Assembly: GCA_028826165.1 (NCBI GenBank) | Contig: JAPDFW010000098.1 | Location: 113,173 to 177,172 of the forward strand | Direction: 5' to 3' | Source of the DNA: Anaeramoeba ignava BMAN | Taxonomy: Eukaryota; Protista; Anaeramoebae | DNA: 64,000 nt | In this document: in pieces, positions 46,543-59,144 of the stretch | Layout: each line of letters opens with the position of its first letter | How positions within the stretch are numbered: the first letter of the stretch is position 1 | The notes under the pieces: model-generated | Told to the model about the DNA's origin: nothing | Database searches by the model: none | What the model saw: only the letters and a program-made list of their open reading frames with translations | Translations under genes and position numbers: made by a program

Positions 46543-49500
46543 ATGAATTTATCAATTAATTCGTTAGCATTTAACGAAAATAAATCTTGGGTCAGTTTTT
46601 CAGTTGGAAAAATTGCTTTAATTATTGATATTAATCAAAAAAGTTTGGTGACAAAAATTGAACATCCAGATTCAGTTTCCACAATGGCTTTTAATAAAAC
46701 GGGAACGTGGTTTGTTTCCGGATGTGAAGATAAGAAAGTTTATTTGTGGAAGTGCGAAGATTGGAAGCTTTACGAAATGAGGTTTGAAAAGAAGAAGAAA
46801 TTTCCATTTAATTTCCGAAATTTCTTAAGAAAACATCACTTTATATTAAACAGTTTTTTCCTTCTTATATTCTCCTTTTATTGTCTTTGATATTATATTT
46901 TTAGACAAGCAGAAAAGGGAGGAATTTCTCATGTGATGTTTTCTCCAAATGATGATGGAATTATTTATACAGATCAGATCAATTGCTATTTTTTACCTTT
47001 CGATCCAGAAGCAAAAAGAGAAGTTAAAACAATTGATGAATGGATTGCAATTCTTAAGAAGGAAAAAAAGGATAATTCAAGTCCTAGTAAAATCCTACTT
47101 GGTCATCTTTCTATTATTACAGATATTTGTTTATCTTTTGATAATAATTTTTTGATTACTTCAGATGTAGCTCGAAGGATAAGAGTTGCTCATTATCCAA
47201 ATACCTATGAAATTGAGAGTTTTTGTTTTGGTCATCTTGAGTATAATATTTAATTCAAATTCAAATTCAAATTCAAATCTAATTTTAAATCTAATTTTAA
47301 ATTTATTTTTAAATCTAATTTTATATCAATTTTAAATCAATTTTAAATCAATTTTATATCAATTTTATATCAAATTTATATTAATTTTATATCAATTTTA
47401 AATCAATTTTAAATCAATTTTATATCAATTTTATATCAATTTTATATCAAATTTATATTAATTTTATATCAATTTTATATCAATTTTAAATCAATTTTAA
47501 ATCAATTTTAAAACAATTTTAAATCAATTTTAAATCAATTTTAAATCAATTTTAAATCAATTTTTATATCAATTTTATATTAATTTTAAATCAATTTTAA
47601 ATTAATTTTATATCAATTTTATATCAATTTTAAATCAATTTTATATCAATTTTAAATCAATTTTATATTAATTTTAAATTAATTTTAAATCAATTTTATA
47701 TCAATTTTAAATCAATTTTATATCAATTTTATATTAATTTTATATCAATTTTATATCAATTTTATATCAATTTTATATCAATTTTTATATCAATTTTAAA
47801 TCAATTTTAAATCAATTTTAAAACAATTTTATATCAATTTTAAATCAATTTTAAATCAATTTTAAATCAATTTTAAATCAATTTTAAATCAATTTTAAAT
47901 CAATTTTTATATCAATTTTATCAATTTTAAATTAATTTTAAATCAATTTTATATCAATTTTATATCAATTTTATATTTATTTTATATCAATTTTTATATC
48001 AATTTTAAATCAATTTTATATCAATTTTATATCAATTTTTAAATCAATTTTATATCAAATTTATATTAATTTTAAATCATTTTATATCAATTTTATATCA
48101 ATTTTAAATTAATTTTAAATCAATTTTAAATCAATTTTAAATCAATTTTAAATCAATTTTATATCAATTTTAAATCAATTTTAAATCAATTTTATATTAA
48201 TTTTATATCAATTTTATATCAATTTTAAATCAATTTTATATCAATTTTATATCAATTTTAAATCAATTTTATATTAATTTTTATATCAATTTTATATCAA
48301 TTTTATATCAATTTTTAAATTAATTTTAAATCAATTTTAAATCAATTTTTATCAATTTTATATCAAATTTTATATCAATTTTATATCAATTTTAAATCAA
48401 TTTTATATCAATTTTAAATCAATTTTATATCAATTTTTATATCAATTTTATATCAATTTTAAATCAATTTTAAATCAATTTTAAATCAAATTTAAATCAA
48501 TTTTAAATCAATTTTATATTAATTTTATATCAATTTTAAATCAATTTTATATCAATTTTATATCAATTTTATATCAATTTTAAATCAATTTTATATCAAT
48601 TTTATATCAATTTTAAATCAATTTTTAAATCAATTTTAAATCAATTTTAAATCAAATTTATATTAATTTTATATTAATTTTAAATCAATTTTATATCAAA
48701 TTTATATCAATTTTAAATCAAATTTTAAATCAATTTTTATATCAATTTTATATTAATTTTATATTAATTTTATATCAAATTTATATTTATTTTATATTTA
48801 TTTTAAATCTAAATTTAAATTTATTTTTAAATCTAATTTTATATCAATTTTATATCAATTTTATATTAATTTTAAATCAATTTTAAATCAATTTTTATAT
48901 CAATTTTAAATCAATTTTTATATCAATTTTAAATCAATTTTATATCAATTTTTATATCAATTTTATATCAATTTTATATCAATTTTATATCAATTTTATA
49001 TCAATTTTAAATCAATTTTATATCAATTTTAAATCAATTTTAAATCAATTTTTATTCAATTTTATATCAATTTTAAATCAATTTTATATCAATTTTATAT
49101 TAATTTTATATCAATTTTAAATCAATTTTATATCAATTTTATATCAATTTTATATCAATTTTAAATCAATTTTATATTAATTTTAAATCAATTTTATATC
49201 AATTTTATATCAATTTTATATCAATTTTATATCAATTTTATATCAATTTTAAATCAATTTTATATTAATTTTATATCAATTTTATATTAATTATTAGTTC
49301 AGTTACTTGTCTTGGAATTCCATTTTCAGAAAAAAAACCTTTATTACTTTCTGGAGGTGGTCAATTTGATTCTTGTATTAATTTATGGAATTATGAAACT
49401 GGAAAACCTTTATTTCATTTTCCTCTTGTTGGTCCTTTAGAAAAGAATGTAATTTCTCTTTCTTGTTGTCCAGTTAATCCAAATTTATTTGCTTTTATTC

Positions 49501-49898
49501 TTGAAGAGTAAATATTTCTAAATTTAAAATTAAAACTAAAATTAATTTTTATTTATTTATTCCTTTTATTCCTTTTATTTAATTTATTTCATTTATTTCA
49601 TTTATTTCATTTATTTCATTTATTCCATTTATTTCATTTATTTCATTTATTTCATTTATTTCATTTATTTCCTTTTATTCCATTTATTCCTTTTATTCCT
49701 TTTATTTCTTTTATTTCTTTTATTCCATTTATTTTATTTATTCCATTTATTTTATTTATTTATTTATTTCTTTTTTTTTTTTATTCCTTTTCTTTTATTC
49801 CATTTATTCCATTTATTCCTTTTATTCCATTTATTCCATTTATTTATTTATTTATTTATTTATTTATTTGTTTTTTTATTTATTTATTTATTTATTTT

Positions 49899-49942
<44 letters not shown>

Positions 49943-50556
49943 TTTATTTCTTTTATTTTTTTTTCTTTTTACTTCATTTATTTACTTTATTTATTTATTT
50001 ATTTATTTATTCATTCATTTATTTATTTATTTATTTATTTATTTACTTCATTTATTTTATTTATTTTATTTATTATTGTTAGTTTCACTAAGGTTGTTAT
50101 CAAAAAAAAAATAATCTATTTTTAATTTAAATCTTAATTAAATCCAAATTTAAAAATTATTAGATTTTCCTTTTCCAAATTACAGAAAATTTTGAAATCA
50201 AACCTTTTAAAGATATTGAACTAGAAAAAAATCAAGAAAAACAAATACTTGAAAAAATTTCATTTGATTCAAAAGGAAATTTATGGATTATTGGAAAAAA
50301 CCCATCTGTTAGAGTTTTTAATTATCCAGATTTTAAAGAAGATTTAGATTTTCAAAAAGAAACATCAAAATTTTTTGAAATTTCTTTTGAAGAAGAATAT
50401 GAAGCCAAAGAAAATAAAAGAAGAGAAAGGAAAAAAAAAACTAAAAGTATTATTCAACCAGGTGTTGATTATACTCAAGAAGAAATTCAAAATGAAATCA
50501 AAAGGAAAAGAACTCAAAAATCAAGACAAAATAGAAACGCAAAAGATTATATTTAA
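46543..50556 (+). CDS. WDR4: WD repeat protein 4 (Trm82), tRNA m7G46 methyltransferase subunit
   Basis: LLGHLSIITDICLSFDNNFLITSD...IRVAHYPNTYEIESFCFGH, LLSGGG..DSCINLWNYETG. Exons about 46543-46781, 46905-47241, 49298-49507, 50083-50092, 50164-50556. Confidence 0.85.
47315..49290. repeat. Intronic 10-bp tandem repeat (ATCAATTTTW)n, ~2 kb
   Basis: atcaatttta(t/a) units fill WDR4 intron 2. Confidence 0.95.
49550..50075. repeat. Intronic (TTTATTTCA)n / (TTTA)n repeats
   Basis: Fill WDR4 intron 3. Confidence 0.85.
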
Positions 50557-50767
50557 ATTATTAAATTTTTTTTAAAGAAATTAAATTCAAAAAAAAAGAA
50601 AAAATTTAAAGAAAGCAAAATTAAATTTTTAAAAAAAAGCAAAATTTCCAAATAAAATCAATTTTCCTTAATTTAAAAATTTTTATTTTGACAAAATTCC
50701 CATCAAATTAAAAAAAAAATTTATTTTTCATTTTTTCATTTTTTTTCATTTTTTTCTTTTTAAAATA

Positions 50768-52892
50768 ATGAAAATTATTTGTTTAATTGTTTTCCTTTCA
50801 TTTTTTCTTTTTTCTTTTTCAAAAAAACCTTCTCTTTGGCCTGAACCTCAAAATATTGTTTATGGAGATGAAAATTTTCAAATTGATTCTTCATCTTTTG
50901 ATTTTAAACTTGAAGGAAGTGGATCAACAAGTCAAATTCTTCAAGATAAAGTTGAATTTTATAAAAAATTATTATTTCCTTTTCCTATAAAAAAAGAGTT
51001 TAAAAAATTTTCTTTTAATTCCTTGTTATCAACTGTTGTAATAAATGTTAAAAGTGCAGATGAAACATTACAACTTGGTGTTAATGAAAATTATACAATT
51101 TCAATAACAAATCAAGAATCAATAATTTCTTCACAAACAAGTTTGTTTTATAAATTGAATTTTATAAATGAATTTTATAAATGAATTTTATAAATGAATT
51201 TTAAATTAAATTTTATAAATGAATTTTATAAATGATTTTAAATGAATTTTATAAATTAATTTTATAAATGATTTTAAATGAATTATAAATGAATTATAAA
51301 TGAATTTTAAATGAATTTTATAAATGAATTTTAAATTAAATTTTATAAATGATTTTAAATTAAATTTTATAAATGATTTATAAATGATTTTAAATTAAAT
51401 TTTATAAATGAATTTTAAATGAATTTATAAATGAATTTTAAATTAAATTTTATAAATGAATTTTATAAATTAAATTTTATAAATGAATTAATTTATAAAT
51501 GAATTATAAATGATTTTAAATTAAATTTTATAAATGAATTTTAAATTAAATTATAAATGAATTTTAAATTAAATTTTATAAATGAATTTTATAATTAAAT
51601 TTTATAAATAAATTATAAATAAATTATAAATGAATTATAAATTAAATTTTATAAATGATTTTTATAAATGAATTTATAAATGAATTTTAATTTAAGTTTA
51701 TGGAGCAATTAGAGGATTAGAAACATTTTCACAATTAATTTACTTTAATTACACATCATCAACTTATTGGATTAAAAACGGTCCACTTTTAATAATTGAT
51801 TACCCACGATTTAAATGGAGAGGAATATTAATTGACACATCAAGACATTACATCCCAACAGAATCAATGAAACTTATGATTGAAGCAATGGCATTTAACA
51901 AGATGAATACTTTACATTGGCATGCAACAGACGCCCAATCATTCCCACTATTTATCAACAAATATCCTGAATTAAGTCAAAAAGGCGCATATTTTGACGG
52001 AGATTATTCATACTCAAATGAGGAAGTCAACGATATTGTTAGTTATGCCAAAAGCTTTGGTATTCGTGTTGTGATAGAAATTGATGGACCTGGTCATTCT
52101 GCTAGTTTTGGAAAAGGAATTCCTTCAATGATTTCTAATTGTCCCAAATTTTTAGATAACATCAACTCCATTTCATTGAATCCAACACAAAATTTTACTT
52201 ACCAAGTTCTCACAGATATTTGGAAAGAAATGTCAACTCTTTTTATTGATAATTTTATTCATTTTGGTGGTGATGAAGTTTATTATGAATGTTGGAAAGA
52301 AGATCCACAAATAAATCAATGGATGCAAGAGCACAATATGACAACAACACAATTAGAAGAATACTACTTCACAAACATGAATATTATCAAATCAACAATT
52401 AGCAAAAAAACAATTTTTTGGGAATCAGTTTATGATCTAAAAAACTTCGACATTTTAAAAGATTCGATAGTTCAACTTTGGACTGATATTACAAAAGCAC
52501 AAGAGGTTATTAACAGCGGAATTCAAGTGATTAATTCATTCGGTTGGTATTTGGATCGTCAAGTTCCTGGTCCTGATATTCATTATGAGTTTTTGGATAC
52601 TTGGAAAGATTTTTATTCTTTAGAACCTTTTGATTATGTTTCTCAAAATCAAGAAATGTTTTTGGGTGGTGAAGCTTGTTCTTGGTCTGAACAAGTTAAT
52701 TGGTCGTCTATTTCTAATAGAATTTGGCCAAGAGCTTCTGCTGTTGCTGAACGTTTGTGGAGTTCTAGAAATGTTAATGATATTTCTGATGCTACTTTGA
52801 GATTGAATGATTTTAGTTGTCGGTTAATTAATCGTGGAATTCCTTCTGCTCCTTTAGTTCCTGGTGCTTGTTATATTGGGAAAATGCATTAA
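50768..52892 (+). CDS. Beta-N-acetylhexosaminidase (GH20), two exons
   Basis: Signal peptide, LWPEPQ, LQLGVNENYTI, YGAIRGLETFSQL, DYPRFKWRGILIDTSRHY, LHWHATDAQSFP, catalytic HFGGDE, GGEACSWSEQV, IWPRASAVAERLWS. Intron 51141-51696. Confidence 0.96.
51150..51690. repeat. Intronic (ATAAATGAATTTT)n-like repeat
   Basis: 11-13-bp units fill the hexosaminidase intron. Confidence 0.88.
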
Positions 52893-53124
52893 ATTTCTTT
52901 TCAAAAACAATTAAAACAATTAAACAACAAAAACAATTACAATAAAAAAAGTGGAACAAATTAAAAAACAATTAAAAAACAATTAAAACAATTACAATAA
53001 AAAAAGTGGAACAAATTAAAAAAGTGGAACAAATTAAAACAATTAAAACAATTAAAACAATTAAAACAATTAAACAATAAAAACAATAAAAAAAGTGGAA
53101 CAAATTAAAAAACAATAAAAAAAT

Positions 53125-53790
53125 TTCTTTTTAAATTTTATTTTGAATTTGATTAAATTTGATTTTAAATTTGATTTTAAATTTGATTTTAAATTTTATT
53201 TTGAATTTCATTTTGAATTTCTTTTTAAATTTTATTAAATTTTATTTTAAATTTCTTTTTGAATTTGATTTTAAATTTTCATTTTGAATTTGATTTTGAA
53301 TTTGATTTTAAATTTCTTTTTGAATTTCTTTTTAAATTTGATTTTAAATTTGATTTTGAATTTCTTTTTAAATTTGATTTTAAATTTCATTTTAAATTTT
53401 ATTTTGAATTTGATTAAATTTGATTTTAAATTTGATTTTAAATTTGATTTTGAATTTGATTTTAAATTTGATTTTAAATTTGATTTGAAATTTCATTTTA
53501 AATTTGATTTTAAATTTGATTTTAAATTTGATTTTAAATTTGATTTTAAATTTGATTTTAAATTTGATTTTAAATTTGATTTTAAATTTGATTTTAAATT
53601 TGATTTTAAATTTCTTTTTGAATTTGATTTTAAATTTTATTTTGAATTTGATTTTAAATTTGATTTTAAATTTCTTTTTGAATTTCATTTTAAATTTCTT
53701 TTTAAATTTCATTTTAAATTTGATTTTAAATTTCTTTTTAAATTTCATTTTGAATTTCTTTTTAAAATTTGATTTTAAATTTCTTTTTGA
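53125..53790. repeat. 12-bp tandem repeat (TTTAAATTTGAT)n
   Basis: Intergenic array between convergent genes. Confidence 0.92.
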
Positions 53791-53796
53791 AAATTT

Positions 53797-55729
53797 TTAA
53801 AGGAAAAATACTTCAATCTCAGAAATTTCCCAATCATCATAAGAACCAGTTAATAATTCATGTGCATCTTTTGTTCGAGGTTGTATATCTTCTGGAAGTT
53901 GATATGAAAATCCAGGATTTGTTGAACCAGTTTTAAGAGTTGGATCAATTGCTAAATCATTTCCAGTTCCAAAAGTAGGACCATAAATATTAAATGAAAA
54001 TAAAGCTTTATCTTCTTGTCCTTCTAAAATTGGGAGTTTTAATGATAAATTTAAAGAGTTTTTCAAAGTGAATAAAAATGCTAATTCATCTCGAATGAAA
54101 ATTCCACTTTTTTCTTTAGGAAATCCTTTTGAAGTAAATGCTCCAAAAATATAATCTTCTGTTGTTTGAACAATCATTAATGTTTTTCCTTTTTCATCAC
54201 ATTTCTTATGGAAATTTTCAAGAGAAAATCCATCTATTGAAGCTTTAAATCCTAATTTCATCATATGAAAGAAAGCATCATCATTCATAAATTCTTTTAT
54301 TAATTGAACATAATGGAAATTTTTCCCGATAATTATTGAGTTTGAAAGTGTTAATCTTGAAATGAACATTTTTTCTTCAAATTGCTCATTTATTAATTGT
54401 TCATCAAATTCTTGACTTTTACTAAAATCATAACTTTGTTCTAATTCTTGATCTTCATTTAATTCTTGGCTTTCATTAAATTCTTGATTTTCATTTAATT
54501 CTTGATTTTCATTTAATTCTTGATTTTCATTTAATTCTTGATTTTCATTTAAATTCTTGATTTAATTCTTGTTTTAATTCTTGATTTTCATTTAATTCTT
54601 GATTTTCATTAAATTCTTGACTTTCATTTAATTCTTGTTTTAATTCTTGATTTTCATTTAATTCTTGATTTTCATTTAATTCTTGATTTAATTCTTGATT
54701 TAATTCTTGATTTTCATTTAATTCTTGATTTAATTCTTGATTTTCATTTAATTCTTGATTTTCTTGATTTTCATTTAATTCTTGTTTTTCATTTAATTGA
54801 CTTTCATTTAATTGATTTTCATTTAATTGACTTTCATTTAATTGATTTAATTCTTTATATTGTTTTTCCTCTAATTTTCTTGATTTATGAAATTCCAAAA
54901 TTTTATTCAATAATTCTTCAGGAATAACTTTATAATCTTTTAAAGAATCAATATTATCATCTGTAAAATCACAAAATCTAATAAACTTCAATAATTTCAA
55001 AAAGAAAGGATTTTTTGAAAGTAAAATCTGATCATTTAATTGATTTTCATTTTTTAATTGATTTTCTAATTGATTTTCTAATTGATTTTCATTCATTTTG
55101 GAATCAATTAAATTTATTTTTCCCCATTTAATCAATTCCAAAAACAAATCAAATTCTGAAGAAATACTTAAAGAATCTAATTGTAATAATAAATGAATAG
55201 CTTGTTGAGAAATATGAGAAAATTGTGGAGATTTAATAATTTTCTGGGTATTTTTTGAGATGAAATTCAAACAATGATGAATAGCATGATTGCAACCATA
55301 AGTAATAGAGATATCAAGAATATCAATAACAGTTTCAACATCAAGTTTATCTTTCATATATTCTTGAGAAAAGACACTTATATCATCAAAAAGTAATTTT
55401 GTTGAGAAAATCATAATTTCAAGTGCATTTTCTAAAGTGATGTATAAATTTCCTGTATAAATATATTCTAAAATAGTATCAACTACTTTGCTTGAAACAT
55501 TTTCAAATTCAACTCTTCCTTCTTGTGATTCTTTCATATTTGATTCAAATAATGCTTCAAAATATTTACTTCTTGTTGATAAAATATCTCGATGACATTT
55601 GAATATTTTTTCTTCTTTATCTTTTTCTTTTTCTTTGATAATAATTTCGAAATCGGGAAATTTAGATTGAAGATAAAGAGTTTTAAAATCTTGTGAAAGT
55701 TTTGTTAAATTAGTAAATTTTGTACTCAT
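53797..55729 (-). CDS. BTB-BACK - ELNENQ repeat linker - TLDc protein (frameshift near 54545)
   Basis: FPDFEII...FKCHRDILSTRSKYFEALFESNMKESQEG; BACK LLQLDSLSISSEFDLF..LIKW...IRF; TLDc FKASIDGFSLENFHKKCDEKGKTL...FGAFT...YGPTFGTGNDL...EIEVF. The shift lies in the 18-bp coding repeat. Confidence 0.88.
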
Positions 55730-56026
55730 TTTAAAAAAAAAAAAATGAAAAAAAATGAAAAAATGAAAAATTAAAAAAAAAAAGCAAAAAATTTTTTTAA
55801 TTTAGAAGATTGTTTTTAAAAATAGTTTTTTTTTTTTGAAATTCATTGCTTTTTTTTGCGTAAACATTAAGAAAAAAAAAGAAATTAAATTTCGGAAAAA
55901 AAAAAAAGTGAATGAATTAAAAAAAAGAAAAGAAAAGAAATGAAACGAAATGAAACGGAAAAAAAAAGAGAAAAACATGATGAAAAATTAAAATTAAAAT
56001 TAAAATTAAAATTAAAATGAATTTGG

Positions 56027-59012
56027 TCACTTTTTCTTAAAAAAAGGTAAATCAATTTGTAAGTTATTCAATATCTGTGGATGTTTATTAACCATATCTC
56101 TGTATTCATCTATATCAATTTCTCCATTTCCATCAATATCTGCTTCTTGGAAAGTTTGATCAACTAATTGTCTTAATTGTTCTTCACTTAATTGTGCTAA
56201 AAATGTATCTGATAATGATGATTTCAATAATGTGTATAATTCTTCTTTATCAATTCCTCCATTTCCATCAATATCAAATACTTTGAAAGAGACTATTTAT
56301 ATTTATTTAAATATTTATATTATATTTATATTTATATTTATATTTATATTTATATTTATATTTATATTTATATTTATATTTATATTTATATTTATATTTA
56401 TATTTATATTTATATTTATATTTATATTTATATTTATATTTATATTTATATTTATATTTATATTTATATTTTTATATTTTATATTTAATTTATATTTATA
56501 TTTATATTTATATTTATATTTATATTTATATTTATATTTATATTTATATTTATATTTATATTTATATTTTATATTTATATTTATATTTATATTTATGTTA
56601 TATTTATTTATATTTATATTTTATAATTATATTTATTTTGTATTTATATTTATATTTATATTTATATTTATATTTATATTTATATTTATATTTATTTTAT
56701 ATTTATATTTATATTTATATTTATATTTATATTTATATTTATATTTATATTTATATTTATTTTATTTTATATTTATTTTATATTTTATGTTTATATTTTA
56801 TATTTATATTTATATTTTATTTATATTTTATATTTATATTTATTTTATATTTTATATTTATATTTATATTTATATTTATATTTATATATTTATATTTTAT
56901 ATTTATTTATATTTTTATATTTTATATTTATATTTATATTTATATTTTATGTTTATATTTTATGTTTATGTTTATGTTTATGTTTATATTTTTTTATATT
57001 TATATATTTATATTTTATATTCCATATATTTATATTTTATGTTTATATTTATATTTATATTTATTTATATTTATATTTATATTTATATTTATGTTTTTTA
57101 TATTTATATTTTTATTTATATTTTATATTTATTTATATTTATATTTATATTTATATTTATATTTATATTTATGTTTATTTTTATATTTATATTTTATATT
57201 TATATTTATATTTTATATTTATATTTTATGTTTATATTTATATTTATGTATTTATATTTATATTTATATTTATATTTATATTTATATTTATATTTATATT
57301 TATATTTATATTTATATTTATATTTATATTTATATTTATATTTATATTTATATTTATATTTATATTTATATTTATATTTATATTTATATTTATTTTTATT
57401 TTATTTTTTTTATTTTATTTTATATTTATATTTATATTTAGTATTTATATTTTATATTTATATTTATATTTATATTTATATTTATATTTATATTTATATT
57501 TATATTTATATTTATATTTATATTTATTTAATTATTATTATATTGTTGGTTAAATTGCTTTTTATATTGCTTTTTAAATTGTTGGTTAAATTGTTTATAA
57601 AATTTATTATTAAATTTACAATTTAGTTTTTGGTCAATTGTTCCTTTATGAGAGAAAGGAGCTAATCCAAGTAAAAACTCTTCGAAATTAACAACACCAT
57701 CACCATTATCATCAAAAACTTGGAAAAGTCTCTTTGCAAATTCACTTTGAGTTAAACCTAAAGCTTGAGTAAACTCTTGATCATCAATTACACCATCATC
57801 ATCAATACTGGCACTAATTTTTTGATAATGTTCATAAAGTTCTCTAACTTCTTCTTCCGAAACTAAATTCAAAATCAAAATTAAAATTAAAATTAAAATT
57901 AAAATTAAAATTAAAATTAAAATTAAAATTAAAATTAAAATTGATATTAAAATTATAATTAAAATTAAAATCAATTTATAAAATTAAAATTAAAATTAAA
58001 ATTATAATCAAAATTAAAATTAAAATTAAAATTAAAATTATAATTAAAATTAAAATTGAAATTAAAAATAAAATTATAATTATATCAAAAACTTAAAAAA
58101 AATCAAAAATAAAAATTAAAATTAAAATTAAAATTGAAAATTAAAATCAAAATTAAAATTAAAATTCAAAATCAAAACTGAAATTATAATTTTAAATTAA
58201 AATTAAAATTAAAATTAAAAGAAAATTAAAATTAAAATTAAAATTAAAATTAAAATTAAAATTAAAATTAAAATTAAAATTAAAATTAAAATAAAATTAA
58301 AATTAAAATTAAAATTAAAATTAAAATTAAAATTAAAATTAAAATTAAAATTAAAATTAATATTAAAATTAAAATTAAAATTAAAATTAAAATTAAAATT
58401 AAAATTAAAATTAAAAATTAAAATTAATATTAAAATTAAAATTAAAATTAAAATTAAAATTAAAAATTAAAAATTAAAATTAAAAATTAAAATTAAAATT
58501 AAAATTAAAATTTATAAAATTAAAATTAAAATTAAAATTAAAATTAAAATTAAAATTAAAATTAAAATTAAAATTAAAATTAAAATTAAAATTAAAATCA
58601 AAATTAAAATTAAAATCAAAATTAAAATTAAAATTAAAATTAAAATTAAAATTAAAATTAGGAATTATAATGAGAATTATAATAAAAATAAAAATTAATC
58701 AAAAAGAAAAAAATAAATAAATAAATCGTTAATTTATAAATTTAAATTAAAAATTTTTTTTTTCAAGAAGTAAAAAAATCAAAAAAAAAATTAAAAAAAA
58801 ATTTCCAAATTAAAATTACAATTCGATCTTTGAGCTAAACTTGTAACTTCTTCTTGTGGAAGTGATTTTGAATTTGAATTTGTTTCTGTTTCTTTTGGTT
58901 TTTCATCTTTTGTAGTTTTAGTTGGTTCTTTTTTAACTTCTGGAATTGAATTTTCTGTTTTTGGTTTTACTTTCTTTGTATCAACTTTTGGTTTAGAATC
59001 TCCGCATCCCAT
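56027..59012 (-). CDS. Calcineurin B-like (CBL-type) EF-hand calcium sensor with MGC N-terminus
   Basis: MGCGDSK...; FSEEEVRELYEHYQKISASIDDDGVIDDQEF; FAKRLFQVFDDNGDGVVNFEEF; FSFKVFDIDGNGGIDKEEL; TFQEADIDGNGEIDIDEY. Introns 57863-58819 and 56293-57619 (both phase 1). Confidence 0.9.
56295..57530. repeat. Intronic (TATATT)n microsatellite
   Basis: Fills CBL intron 2. Confidence 0.95.
57870..58660. repeat. Intronic (AAAATT)n microsatellite
   Basis: Fills CBL intron 1. Confidence 0.95.
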
Positions 59013-59144
59013 TTTTGTTTTTTTTGTATTGAAAAAAAATTTAAAAAAAAGCAAAAAAAAATGAAAAAAAAAATTAAAAAAAAATAATTTTTTTATTTAA
59101 AAAAAAAAAACAATTATTCATTTTTTCTAATAATTATTCATCTT

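Noticed and set aside
56232-57626. Long hydrophobic ORFs (IFIF/YLYL, 464 aa and 267 aa), and similar ILIL, NLIEI and FKFDFK ORFs at 25426, 28266, 38326, 41038 and 53284
   Set aside because: Translations of stop-free microsatellite frames in introns and spacers.
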